Shown: positions 19,452 through 28,967 of the stretch, piece by piece
How positions within the stretch are numbered: position 1 is the stretch's first letter
How the letters are laid out: the number at the start of each line of letters is the position of its first letter
DNA from: Chloroflexota bacterium
GTDB taxonomy: Bacteria > Chloroflexota > UBA11872 > VXOZ01
NCBI GenBank assembly: GCA_965221905.1
Contig: OZ244922.1
Span: 2,944,001-3,008,000, forward strand
Reading direction: 5' to 3'
DNA length: 64,000 bases
The notes under the pieces: model-generated
What the model was told of the DNA's origin: nothing
What the model saw: only the letters and a program-made list of their open reading frames with translations
The model's database searches: none
Made by a program: the position numbers and the translations under genes

Positions 19452-20624
19452 ATGGCACTATCGCAGACCGAAGTGAAACGAGAAAAAGATGAGTGGCAGG
19501 AATTGCTCGCGGCCGGCATTAACCGGCCGGAGAAGCTCATTACCGAGCTTGGCGAGCGGCTCGGCCTAGATGACGAAACGGCGGCCAGCCTTCACAAGAA
19601 CTTCCCGGTCAGGATCAACCCCTACTACCTCGGCCTAATTGATGAGGTCAACGACCCTATCTGGCGTCAGGCCATTCCCGATGAAATGGAACTCGACCAT
19701 AGCGATTCATTGACGACAATGGATCCGCTGGCTGAGGATATGGATTCGCCGGTGCCCTATCTGACGCACCGCTATCCCGATCGCGTGCTCATGGTCGTGC
19801 AATTGCAGTGCGCTATGTACTGCCGCTTCTGCACGCGCCGCCGCGAAGTGGGCAGCCGCAATGCCGTGACCAAGAACGATTGGGACCGCCAAATCGAGTA
19901 CATCGCTTCCAATCCCAAGGTACGCGATGTCATCATATCCGGCGGCGACCCTTTCATGCTGCTCGACCACCAAATCGACTATATTCTCAAAAACCTGCGG
20001 GCGATTCCGCACATGGAGATCATCCGCCTCGACTCCCGCATGCCCGTCACTCTGCCCCACCGCGTGACGGAGAACCTCTGCGAAATCATGCAACGCTATC
20101 ATCCGGTCTACCTGAACACGCATTTCAACCATCCGCGCGAGATCACGCCTGAATCCACCCGCGCGTGCGAACTGATGGCCGACCACGGCATCCCCTTGGG
20201 TAACCAGAGCGTGCTGCTGCGGGGTGTGAATGACGATGCGGAAGTGATGAAGGAGCTTGTACAGAAGCTCCTAGTGATTCGGGTCAAGCCGTACTACCTC
20301 TACCAGGCCGACTTGGTCACCGGTACCAGCCACTTCCGCACCTCCGTGGAGAAAGGCCTGGAAATCATCAAGGCGATTCAGGGCCACACCAGCGGCATGG
20401 CTGTCCCGCATTTCGTGATCGATGCGCCGCAAGGCGGCGGCAAAATTCCCGTGACGCCCGATTTCATCCAGGAAATCACCGACGACGAGATCGTGCTGAA
20501 GAATTACGAAGGCAACGTCTACCGCTATCCGATTGACTCCGAGGTGCCGAACGCACAGGAAACGAAGCTATCCCAGGCGCAGACCAACGGCAAGGGCAAC
20601 GGCACAGCTACCGAAACCACTTAA
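19452..20624 (+). CDS. kamA: KamA family radical SAM/PLP lysine 2,3-aminomutase
   Basis: THRYPDR, CAMYCRFC, SGGDP, HFNHP, NQSVLL.GVND, PYYLYQAD and PLP lysine in DAPQGGGK. Confidence 0.9.
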   Translation: MALSQTEVKREKDEWQELLAAGINRPEKLITELGERLGLDDETAASLHKNFPVRINPYYLGLIDEVNDPIWRQAIPDEMELDHSDSLTTMDPLAEDMDSPVPYLTHRYPDRVLMVVQLQCAMYCRFCTRRREVGSRNAVTKNDWDRQIEYIASNPKVRDVIISGGDPFMLLDHQIDYILKNLRAIPHMEIIRLDSRMPVTLPHRVTENLCEIMQRYHPVYLNTHFNHPREITPESTRACELMADHGIPLGNQSVLLRGVNDDAEVMKELVQKLLVIRVKPYYLYQADLVTGTSHFRTSVEKGLEIIKAIQGHTSGMAVPHFVIDAPQGGGKIPVTPDFIQEITDDEIVLKNYEGNVYRYPIDSEVPNAQETKLSQAQTNGKGNGTATETT

Positions 20625-20691
20625 CGGCCGTGTGACTAGGCAGTATTGCCTACCCCAGGTGCGTTGAATCCCCGATAGAGGATCACACCTC

Positions 20692-21744
20692 GTGAATCCC
20701 CCTCTTCGCATCGCCGCCGTCGGATTAGAGCACGACGAGATTTACCGCGTGCTCGACCGGCTGCGCCGACATGAGACTGCCGACTTGGTAGCCATCGCCG
20801 AACGCAGCGGGAGACTCCGTATGGCGGCGGCAGGTCGGTATCGTGTGCCGGTCTTCCCGCGCCTCACGCCGCTCTTGGCCGAAACTGCTGTAGATGCTGT
20901 CATCGTGGCTACGGCCAATGGCGATAAGGCGGCGGCCATCCAGGAAGCCATGCGCGCCGGCAAGCACGTTATCGCCCACGCACCGTGCACGCTAACTCTG
21001 GAGCAAGTAGCCGCTGTAAAAGAGGCGCAAACCGCGTTAGGCAGCGGCTTGGTCTTGCTGCATCCTCTGCGCTTCACACCGGTATACGTGCACTTACGGG
21101 ATGCGATTGCTCAGGGACTGCTGGGCGCCATTTGCCAGGCCGTAGTCATCAACTCGCAGAAGGTCACGGCCACACCTCGTACCCAGGCGTTCTATGCGAC
21201 GCACACGCACGGCGGCGTGCTGACCAATCTTGCCGTCCACGACCTTGACGTGCTGCGCTGGCTCGGCGGAGATCTGACCGTAACCGCCGCCGCTACACAG
21301 CGACACGGCCTCACCGAGCACCCGGACTTCGAAGATGCGGGCCTAGTCCATTGTGCGTTCAATTCTGGCGGTACGGGTGTGGTGGCGTGCAATTGGCTCG
21401 CGCCGGACGCGGGGGCCCCATTCCAAGAACTAACGTTGATCGGCACTGAAGGCACGGCGTGGATCAGCGGCGGCAAGTTGCACGCGTTGGGAGCAAATGA
21501 CCGATCGTCTCTGACGAACGAGCCGCAAAGCAGTGGATACTTGGCGACCCAAGATGAGTCCGGTCGCGCCTTTCCTCCAACTTCCGCTGCCAAAGCCGAC
21601 TACGATGTTGCCGCGGCCATGCTCGACGCGGCTATTCAATCTCTCAGCGATGCCGACTTGAGGCAAGTTGCCACCGCCGATGCATTCCGCACGTCTAGCG
21701 TGGCCGTGCAGGCCCAGCACATCGCGTGGCAGGACCGTGCGTGA
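20692..21744 (+). CDS. Gfo/Idh/MocA family oxidoreductase-like protein with degenerate motifs
   Basis: LRIAAVG, DAVIVAT, AGKHV and GG.L.NLAVHDLD; the usual EKP reads HAP. Confidence 0.75.
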   Translation: MNPPLRIAAVGLEHDEIYRVLDRLRRHETADLVAIAERSGRLRMAAAGRYRVPVFPRLTPLLAETAVDAVIVATANGDKAAAIQEAMRAGKHVIAHAPCTLTLEQVAAVKEAQTALGSGLVLLHPLRFTPVYVHLRDAIAQGLLGAICQAVVINSQKVTATPRTQAFYATHTHGGVLTNLAVHDLDVLRWLGGDLTVTAAATQRHGLTEHPDFEDAGLVHCAFNSGGTGVVACNWLAPDAGAPFQELTLIGTEGTAWISGGKLHALGANDRSSLTNEPQSSGYLATQDESGRAFPPTSAAKADYDVAAAMLDAAIQSLSDADLRQVATADAFRTSSVAVQAQHIAWQDRA

Positions 21745-22600
21745 CGTGAATGCAACCGGCCAAGCCGCACCAACGTTCCTCACCATCGGCCATGCCTCGC
21801 GGGATCTCATGCCCGGCGGCTGGCGCTGGGGCGGCACGGTGACCTACGCCGCACTGCTTGCGCGCACCTGGGGAGTGTCAGCCGCTGTGCTCACAGCCCT
21901 CGCACCGGAAGACGAGCCTCTCTATCAGGCGTTCCTCGGCAGTGACGTGATGCTGCACACGCTCCCATCCAAGAACACAACGTCGATGGCGAACGAATAT
22001 ACCGCTGCGGGACGCCGGCAGCAGCTCGCCGCCAAAGCCTCGAAGATTCACCCCCGCCACGTGCCTACAGCTTGGCGCGACACGCCCATCGTGCTCGTCG
22101 CGCCTCTCTTCGGTGAGGTATCGACGCAATTTGGCGGGTCTTTCCCCCAAGGGTCGCTCGTCGGCATGACCATCCAAGGTCGCCTGCGCAGTCACCGCAA
22201 GGGCCGCATCTATTCCCGCCGCTGGCACCGCGCCGAGCAGGAATTTTCTGCCTACGATATAATCTTCTTCTCCGAAGAAGATGTGCGCGGCAATGCTGAA
22301 CTTGCCGAATACTACGCCTCGCTTGTCCCGCTGGCAGTAATGACCCAGGGTGACTCCGGCGCAACCGTCTTCGTACAAGGCCGAGCTGTGCAACACGCCG
22401 CCTTTCCGGCCCAGCCCGTGGACGCTACCGGCGCGGGCGACGTGTTTGCGGCTGCATTTCTGCTCCACTATGCGGAGAACCGTGATCCGACAGCCGCCTG
22501 TCGCTACGCGAATGCCGCCGCCGCGTGCAGCATCGAGCACGCCGGCGCGAGTAGTATTCCCACACACCGGCAAGTGGCCGCACGGCTGCGCTCTGCGTGA
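21737..22600 (+). CDS. PfkB family carbohydrate kinase
   Basis: IGH...D..GGTVTYAA and DATGAGDVFAAAF motifs; overlaps the upstream stop. Confidence 0.88.
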   Translation: MRDVNATGQAAPTFLTIGHASRDLMPGGWRWGGTVTYAALLARTWGVSAAVLTALAPEDEPLYQAFLGSDVMLHTLPSKNTTSMANEYTAAGRRQQLAAKASKIHPRHVPTAWRDTPIVLVAPLFGEVSTQFGGSFPQGSLVGMTIQGRLRSHRKGRIYSRRWHRAEQEFSAYDIIFFSEEDVRGNAELAEYYASLVPLAVMTQGDSGATVFVQGRAVQHAAFPAQPVDATGAGDVFAAAFLLHYAENRDPTAACRYANAAAACSIEHAGASSIPTHRQVAARLRSA

Positions 22601-22687
22601 AGTATGTAATTGGCGTAAAAAGCCGTTCACCGCTGCACACTGCATCCACTGACTATACGCTGGCCTCCCTTTATGTAAATCCAAGAG

Positions 22688-22870
22688 GCGGGGAACAAGC
22701 CCCCGCGCTACGGCGTTTCTTGTCCCCTCTCCATTGAGGGAGAGGGTTAGGGTGAGGGTGAGGGGGAAATGCTAGTCTTGCCGCACCCACGTGAGCAAGA
22801 TAATTTCAAGCAATGCTTTCTTGGACATCGCTCTCTCTCCAGATGTGCGCAGGTTGCAAACCTGCGCTAC
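22688..22870. repeat. Cluster of three different REP-like palindromes
   Basis: gcggggaacaagcccccgcgctac (22688, GTAG type on the minus strand); cccctctcc..ggagagggttagggtgaggg (22724); gtgcgcaggttgcaaacctgcgctac (22845, GTAG type). Confidence 0.7.
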
Positions 22871-22925
22871 CGGAAATGGCAGTAGAATAGATACATACGC
22901 ATTCAGACTATAAAGGATACATTGC

Positions 22926-24665
22926 TTGAACATTGACGTTGCTACTCTTACCGCTTTGCGCCGGGAATTCACCGACAAGATCGTCGGCGGACGGATACAG
23001 CGCGTTCTGCACCCGAACCATCTCGCCGTCGGCCTCGAGATTTATGCGCGGGGCGAGACGTGGTGGCTCATCATCAATGCCGCACCGCAAGCGCCGCATC
23101 TCTATCTCACCCGCGAGCGGCCGGCGCGCGCTGACGACAACGTAACGCCGCTCCTGCTCCTATTGCGCAAGTACGTGCGGGGAGGACGGCTTGCCGCGGT
23201 GGAGCAGCCGCCCTGGGAGCGTGTCTTGCAGTTCACCGTCCACGCGCGGGTGGACGACGACATTGTGGAAACTACGCTCATCGCTGAGATCATGGGGCGC
23301 ACGAGCAACCTGGTGCTGGTGGACGCCGACGGCGCCATTCTCGACAGCATGAAGCGGGTAGACTTATCCATCAATCGTTACCGCCAAGTATTGCCCAAGC
23401 TGCCGTACCTCCCGCCCCCACCCCTTGAGCGTCCCGATCCTTTTGCGGTGCAAGCATCGCAATTGGAATCCGCGGCCCAGTCCGATCCCAAACCTCCCGC
23501 CTGGCGTGTGCTCATGGGGCAGACCAGCGGCTGCGGACCCCTCCTCACCCGTGAAGCGGTGTTCCGCGCTGCAGGCAAGGCTGAAGCACCGGCAGCAGGT
23601 GTTGTGTGGGAAGGCGTGATCGCTGCAGCGCGCGCTATCTTTACGCAGGTCGCGAGCGGCGAACCCACGCCCTCCCTCGCCCACAGTGAAGACGGCGCGC
23701 TCGCGGCCTATGCGCCCTATACCTTGAGTATGTTCCCGCAGTGCGAATTACAAGACACGATGAGCGCAGCCATCGAGCGCTTCTACCGGGAGCAGGGCAA
23801 AACGCCGCAGCGCCGGACGCCCGACCTGGGCCAGAAGCCGCTGCTGGCAGCGATGCAAGAGCGCATGGACCAACTCCGGCAGCGGCGGCGTGCCCTGGAA
23901 CACCAGCAGGCGGAAGCTGTCGACGCGGAAGAATGGCGGCGCAAAGGGGATATGGTCCTGGCGTTTGGCTACAGTGCTGCGCCGGACAGCAGCGAGATCG
24001 AGGTTGACGGCGAGACAATTCGCATTGATCCGAAAATCTCGGTCGCTGCGAATGCCGACACGTACTTTTCCACCTACAAGCGTAAGAAGCGGGCGCAGGA
24101 AGAAGTGCCGGGGCTGCTGCGCAAGGTTAAGAATGAATACGCCTACTGCGAGCAAGCCGAGGCCCTGCTCGAGGCAGCGGAGACGCCAACCGACGTGCGC
24201 GCGTTACGCGAAGAGTTGCGAGAGCAGGGCATCGTAAGCGGCGGCAAGCCTCGCAAGGATAAAGGACGCAAAGGCAAGCGCGGCAGAGCTGTGGAAGAGG
24301 GAGCGCGCCCGGTCTCGCTCTGGCTCGACGGCGTGCAAGTGCTCGTAGGCCGCAGCGGAGCCCAGAACGACGCCGCCCTGCGTCTTGCCGACGCCGACGA
24401 CGTGTGGCTGCACGCGCGCAACGTGCCCGGCGCACATACCGTCCTGCGCTCCGGCGGACGCGAGGTGCCGGAAGACATCATCAACCAGGCGGCCCAGATC
24501 GCTGCCTACTACAGCAAGTTGCGTGAATCCACTAGTGCCGAGGTAGACGTCACCCGCCGCCGCTACGTCCGCCGCATCCCCGGCGCGCACCCCGGCCTCG
24601 TCACCTACCGCAACGAGTACACCATCCGCGTGAAGCCGATGCCGTTGCCGCAGCCTGAGCGGTGA
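22926..24665 (+). CDS. rqcH: Rqc2/RqcH (NFACT, FbpA-like) ribosome quality control protein
   Basis: LLRKY..G, Q..WERV, EIMGR.SN..LVD, a coiled coil, GRS..QND and WLHARNVPGAH. Confidence 0.88.
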   Translation: MNIDVATLTALRREFTDKIVGGRIQRVLHPNHLAVGLEIYARGETWWLIINAAPQAPHLYLTRERPARADDNVTPLLLLLRKYVRGGRLAAVEQPPWERVLQFTVHARVDDDIVETTLIAEIMGRTSNLVLVDADGAILDSMKRVDLSINRYRQVLPKLPYLPPPPLERPDPFAVQASQLESAAQSDPKPPAWRVLMGQTSGCGPLLTREAVFRAAGKAEAPAAGVVWEGVIAAARAIFTQVASGEPTPSLAHSEDGALAAYAPYTLSMFPQCELQDTMSAAIERFYREQGKTPQRRTPDLGQKPLLAAMQERMDQLRQRRRALEHQQAEAVDAEEWRRKGDMVLAFGYSAAPDSSEIEVDGETIRIDPKISVAANADTYFSTYKRKKRAQEEVPGLLRKVKNEYAYCEQAEALLEAAETPTDVRALREELREQGIVSGGKPRKDKGRKGKRGRAVEEGARPVSLWLDGVQVLVGRSGAQNDAALRLADADDVWLHARNVPGAHTVLRSGGREVPEDIINQAAQIAAYYSKLRESTSAEVDVTRRRYVRRIPGAHPGLVTYRNEYTIRVKPMPLPQPER

Positions 24666-24695
24666 CAAGCCCAATCCAGAAGAGTGAGACCTCAT

Positions 24696-24795
24696 CCGTT
24701 CGCCCTGAGCCTGTCGAAGGGTGAATCCTTGCTTGAGAACATACGCGGTGCATACGTCCCACCCGTTCATGCTTCGACAAGCTCAGCACGAACGG
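24696..24795. repeat. Pair of CTTCGACAGGCTCAG-type palindromic repeats between convergent genes
   Basis: ccgttcgccctgagcctgtcgaagggtgaa and ccgttcatgcttcgacaagctcagcacgaacgg. Confidence 0.75.
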
Positions 24796-24841
24796 GTAGG
24801 GGTTCGGTTTAATTCTGTCGCTCGCTATCACGCGGTGTCAT

Positions 24842-27121
24842 CTAGCTATTCCGCGGCTCCCAGTTCAGGTGCTTATCCAGAAATGGGAACGTCCCCGTGC
24901 CTTCGATCATGTGGCCGCCGTCGAAGTAGTAGATTTCGGCGCGGTCGGGGATTTTCAGGTCGGCGTAGCGGCGCTGGACTCTGGCATATTCGTGGGCGCA
25001 CCATTCATCCGACGCCACGGCGTCGCGGTGGCCGCGCTCGACCATGAACGGGCGCGGGGCCATGAGATAGGCCATCTCGGCGTAGTTGAAGGTCTGTCCC
25101 AGGTCGAATTCCTGCATTTCCCACTCGTGATTGAACATATAGCCCGAGAAGTAGTCGGTGCTGGCGCACTTGCGCGCCCACTCGTTGAAGTCGCCCGCGC
25201 AGATCGAAAGCGCGTACTGTGTCAGCACCGTCGGGATGCGCATCGCCGCCTTGCCGCCATAGGACAACCCGTAGAAGCCGATACGGTCCGAGTCAACGTA
25301 TGGCAGGGTTGAAAGCCAGCGCAGCATCTGCTCGTGCTGCGCGATGGCGAAGGAAAAGAGCGTCCAGCCTAGCGGATTCGCCTTGCGCTGGAGCGTGCGG
25401 AATTCGTGGTAGCCGATGTAGGGATTCTGCGGCGCGTATGTGATGTAGCCGCGCTCGGCCAGCCGCGCGGCAAAGGCATTATACGGGCCTTCCCCTTCCG
25501 CAATCACGTCCTCCGGCCGGCCCTCGAGACCATGTTGACAGACCACCACCGGCCGCTGCTCTCCCGGCGCAATGTCTTTGGGCACCAGCAAGATGCCGTG
25601 GTTGAACACGTCGGGCAGCACGTCCAGCGTCACTTCGTGGCCGGTCCAGGCCTCGCTATCGCCGAACGGACGGCTGCGCAGATTGAACGGCAGGCTGGGA
25701 TCGGGACAGCGTCCGATCAACCCTTCCCAGAAGCGTTTTCTATAAGCGGCCGCGGATTGCTCCCAGGATTCAAGCGAAGAGGTATCCGCCTCCGACCAGA
25801 AGTCCTCGCGAGTGCGCCACGCCAACTCTAGGCATTCCTGGACGTGCGTCACGATCTGGTTGAACTGTCGCTGCATACGAGCGGATGGGACGAAGGCGCC
25901 GCGCGCGTCGCGTGGTGATGTGGCCGGAGCCGCGCCGCGCGATTCTACACCCAAGCCTTGCAGCAACGCCGTTAGAGCGGCATCCGAGCCCGGTCCGGGA
26001 TCTGTAGCAGAGGGTCCCACGAGCACGAGACAGTCCGCGGCGTCGTGCGATGCGTAAGCCGGTAGAGCGCGGGCAACTTCCGCCTGAACTTCCTCTAGCG
26101 GCGCGGGCTCGATCTTTCCTGGAGCGCCAACACGGCCGCGCACACGTTCTAGATTGCTTATGGGCGGCAAGCCGCTGATGGTAGGCGCAGGCGTCGTCTC
26201 GACGATCAAGGGACGCGGCGCAATCATGCTCGCGAGCTCAGCATCGCTGAAGCCGCGCAGGAGCCGCCAGACGTTGCGATAAATCGGCTCTTGCCACAAT
26301 TGGCGCCGGTTACGGAAGTAGCCGCTTACACCAACGCCGGCGATGCGCTCGTCCAGCGCGCCGCTGTAGAGCGCCAAGAGCCCGCCTTCACCGTAGCCAA
26401 ATACGCCCACCGGCACGTCTTCCGGTGCGTCCTGAGCCAAAAAGAAATCTACCAGCGCCAAGATCTTCTGTGCTTCATAGCCAATTACGTGCCGACCCAT
26501 CTCGAAGGCCATGCGGTAGATGTATTCACGATGAGGCTGGTCTGTCATGCGGATAGCCGGATTCCCGGACCACGTGTGCTCACGATCAATGAGCACCGGC
26601 ACCACCACCTGACAGCCCAGTTCCACCAATCGCCGCGCGAACTGCTGCTCAGGTTTCAGGCCGGGTGCAATTCCGGCGAGCATTTCCGGCGACCAGTCGG
26701 CATCCGGCAACGCAATTACATGCGCGCTGGGCTTCTGCTTGGGCCGCAGCAGCAGGCCCTCGCCTTCTACGCCATCCAGCACCGGCCAGCGAATCGCATG
26801 AACGTCATAGCTTGGCGTAGCAGCGACACGGAAGGGGTCTCGAGTTGAGCTCACGAACTCCAACGCCGACACCGGCTTGCGCTCGTCTATCGCGCCGACG
26901 ATGCGTGCGAATTCTTGGCGCTTCGCGGCAACTGCGGCCTCTGCGGAGTCACCCGCCGCAGGCAGTGACTGCAGTGCCGTCTCAGCGGCCTCGTCAGCGG
27001 CATCGAGTTCGCGGTCCAAGTAGCGATGGATGCCGGCAATCATCAGTGCGGCCACGTCGCCTTCCACGGTGAGCGGCGCCGAATCAGGCAAACGGGAGGT
27101 TTCGCGATCGAGTTGACCCAT
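24842..27121 (-). CDS. Double-domain alpha/beta hydrolase (dienelactone hydrolase/acetylxylan esterase-like)
   Basis: N-domain GYGEGG..MIAPRP; C-domain QHGLEG, GLSYGG, LMAPRP, RD and GGH. Confidence 0.75.
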   Translation of the reverse strand: MGQLDRETSRLPDSAPLTVEGDVAALMIAGIHRYLDRELDAADEAAETALQSLPAAGDSAEAAVAAKRQEFARIVGAIDERKPVSALEFVSSTRDPFRVAATPSYDVHAIRWPVLDGVEGEGLLLRPKQKPSAHVIALPDADWSPEMLAGIAPGLKPEQQFARRLVELGCQVVVPVLIDREHTWSGNPAIRMTDQPHREYIYRMAFEMGRHVIGYEAQKILALVDFFLAQDAPEDVPVGVFGYGEGGLLALYSGALDERIAGVGVSGYFRNRRQLWQEPIYRNVWRLLRGFSDAELASMIAPRPLIVETTPAPTISGLPPISNLERVRGRVGAPGKIEPAPLEEVQAEVARALPAYASHDAADCLVLVGPSATDPGPGSDAALTALLQGLGVESRGAAPATSPRDARGAFVPSARMQRQFNQIVTHVQECLELAWRTREDFWSEADTSSLESWEQSAAAYRKRFWEGLIGRCPDPSLPFNLRSRPFGDSEAWTGHEVTLDVLPDVFNHGILLVPKDIAPGEQRPVVVCQHGLEGRPEDVIAEGEGPYNAFAARLAERGYITYAPQNPYIGYHEFRTLQRKANPLGWTLFSFAIAQHEQMLRWLSTLPYVDSDRIGFYGLSYGGKAAMRIPTVLTQYALSICAGDFNEWARKCASTDYFSGYMFNHEWEMQEFDLGQTFNYAEMAYLMAPRPFMVERGHRDAVASDEWCAHEYARVQRRYADLKIPDRAEIYYFDGGHMIEGTGTFPFLDKHLNWEPRNS

Positions 27122-27374
27122 AGTGGTAGTAATCCTTTACTTGCTAGCGCACGTCCACAAGCACAGTAGCGCGGAAACGCAGGTATGTGCAAGACGTGGA
27201 AGCGGCGCTCACAGCCTTGCGCGCACAACTATCGCAAAATTCGCGCACAATGCCCGTAAGCGCCGCCTCTTCCGCCTTCACACATCTGACCGGCTCAAAG
27301 CTAGCCGATCCTGCAAGACCTATTTGCAGCCAGGAAGGAGTGAATTCTGCCTACTTCCCGTGCTTAGAGAAGAA

Positions 27375-28748
27375 TTACTTCCACTCATCCGGTCGTTGCG
27401 AGAACAGCTCATTGAGCCTTGCGGCCGACTCTTGCATCGCCTCGGTGGTATCGATCTCTCCCGCGAGTGCGCGGCCCATGGGCTCGTTCATCGTGCTCCA
27501 AGCCTGTGAGCCCTCGGGCAGCACCAGCAGGTCGTGACCGCCGCTCTGCCACACGTTCTGGACGTCAATGATATGCGTGCCCTCATACAGTCTCAGCCAA
27601 ATCTCCGATGTTGCCGCCCAGAACAGCGGCGGCCAAGAGATTACCTCGATCTGCGGGGTTGATTCCAATATCTCACGCGTATGCGAGACGCGCAGCACCT
27701 CCCAAGCGTCGTCCAGTTGCTCGGAGAGCGCCAGGATCGACCAGGAGTTGCCGCCGGTGCTGACGCGCTGGATGCCTGTCGGGCCCTTGGGCGGCGGCGC
27801 AAAATCGAGGTTCTCCACGCCGATGCCGTTGCGAATCGCGTTGTGGCGGAAGTTTCCGTTGAACTCCATGGACACCATCTGCGCATCCATCGGCCTGATG
27901 CCGCTGCCGAGACTCTCGCGCGCTTCTGCAGGCGGAGTGGCCTTGTGCACGGTATGCAAATCAACGTCGAGACCCGCGCCGCGAATCGAGTTTTGGTCCT
28001 CGCCGTAGAGCGCCCGATCGCGCACGTCGTTCAGCAGTTCGCCGCCAAAATTGTAGACGAACGTACCCATCATGTAATGTAGACCGTTCTGACCGATATC
28101 CAAGGCCCAGCGATTGTTGTCCGGATCATTCAGCTTGGTCACCGCCGAGATCAGATCATCGTAGGTCCAATCCTTATGAGGATGGGACACGCCTTTCTCA
28201 TCGAACAATTGCTTGTTGTAGAAGACTACCTCGCCACCATGCTGGAATGGCTGTGCCCAGAGTTGGCCCTTCCACGCCCAGCTTGTCAGTGCCGTTGGGA
28301 AGTACTGGTCAAGGTCCACGTTATCCCGGCGCATGAACTCGTAGAGGTCCGGGAACATGCCCGTGAGACCGCCCGGAATGACCCAGTTCAACTGGTTCAC
28401 CATCAGGTCAACCGGCGCGGTGCCTGCGGCAAATTCAGCGCGGCGCCGGTCCCAATAGCCGCTGCCGTCCTGCCACGAGACTTCGATGTCGATACCTGTG
28501 GATTCGGCGATCGCAGCAAACGTATCGTCCCAACCCTCCATGCGGCCCCTGAGACGGTAGCAAGACCATACAACCTGCCTGGCTTCGGCCTCAGGCATCG
28601 ATTCTTTCGCCTTTGGCGCTTCTTCCGTAGTTTCCTCGGCCATCTCTTGCGTCGCCACGGCGCCGCAAGCAGCAAAAATGAGCACGGCAGCGCCACTCCC
28701 GGCCCCAGTCAGCAGTCCACGTCGCGTAACAGCATTTCGAAAAGCCAT
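27375..28748 (-). CDS. ABC transporter sugar-type solute-binding lipoprotein (Tat signal)
   Basis: TRRGLL, lipobox FAAC, VFYNK.LF..G..P.W and P.GP..GG..W.I motifs. Confidence 0.85.
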   Translation of the reverse strand: MAFRNAVTRRGLLTGAGSGAAVLIFAACGAVATQEMAEETTEEAPKAKESMPEAEARQVVWSCYRLRGRMEGWDDTFAAIAESTGIDIEVSWQDGSGYWDRRRAEFAAGTAPVDLMVNQLNWVIPGGLTGMFPDLYEFMRRDNVDLDQYFPTALTSWAWKGQLWAQPFQHGGEVVFYNKQLFDEKGVSHPHKDWTYDDLISAVTKLNDPDNNRWALDIGQNGLHYMMGTFVYNFGGELLNDVRDRALYGEDQNSIRGAGLDVDLHTVHKATPPAEARESLGSGIRPMDAQMVSMEFNGNFRHNAIRNGIGVENLDFAPPPKGPTGIQRVSTGGNSWSILALSEQLDDAWEVLRVSHTREILESTPQIEVISWPPLFWAATSEIWLRLYEGTHIIDVQNVWQSGGHDLLVLPEGSQAWSTMNEPMGRALAGEIDTTEAMQESAARLNELFSQRPDEWK

Positions 28749-28900
28749 CTTTGATCTTCTCCTTCATGCATGCGCGTTAACTACACGCCCGCCAACCCGT
28801 AGGGCAAGTAACCGGGTTGCGTACTAAATAATACCCTCCCCTTTGCCCAGCGCTATCGCTCCTACTCACGTCTTGAATGCGGCATTATCGCATGTATACG

Positions 28901-28929
28901 ATGCTAGCATACCATTTGCGAATAGTCAA
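28901..28929 (-). promoter_or_regulatory. Putative sigma70 promoter for the solute-binding protein gene
   Basis: Minus strand TTGACT-17 nt-TAGCAT. Confidence 0.5.
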
Positions 28930-28967
28930 TACATTTTACTGTTTGCCCCTATCCCTTACCGTACTCT

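Noticed and set aside
17875-21744. Pyrrolysine biosynthesis (pylBCD) or epmAB
   Set aside because: The radical SAM protein is PLP-dependent KamA type, not PylB; the ligase resembles neither PylC nor EpmA; no pylS/pylT seen.
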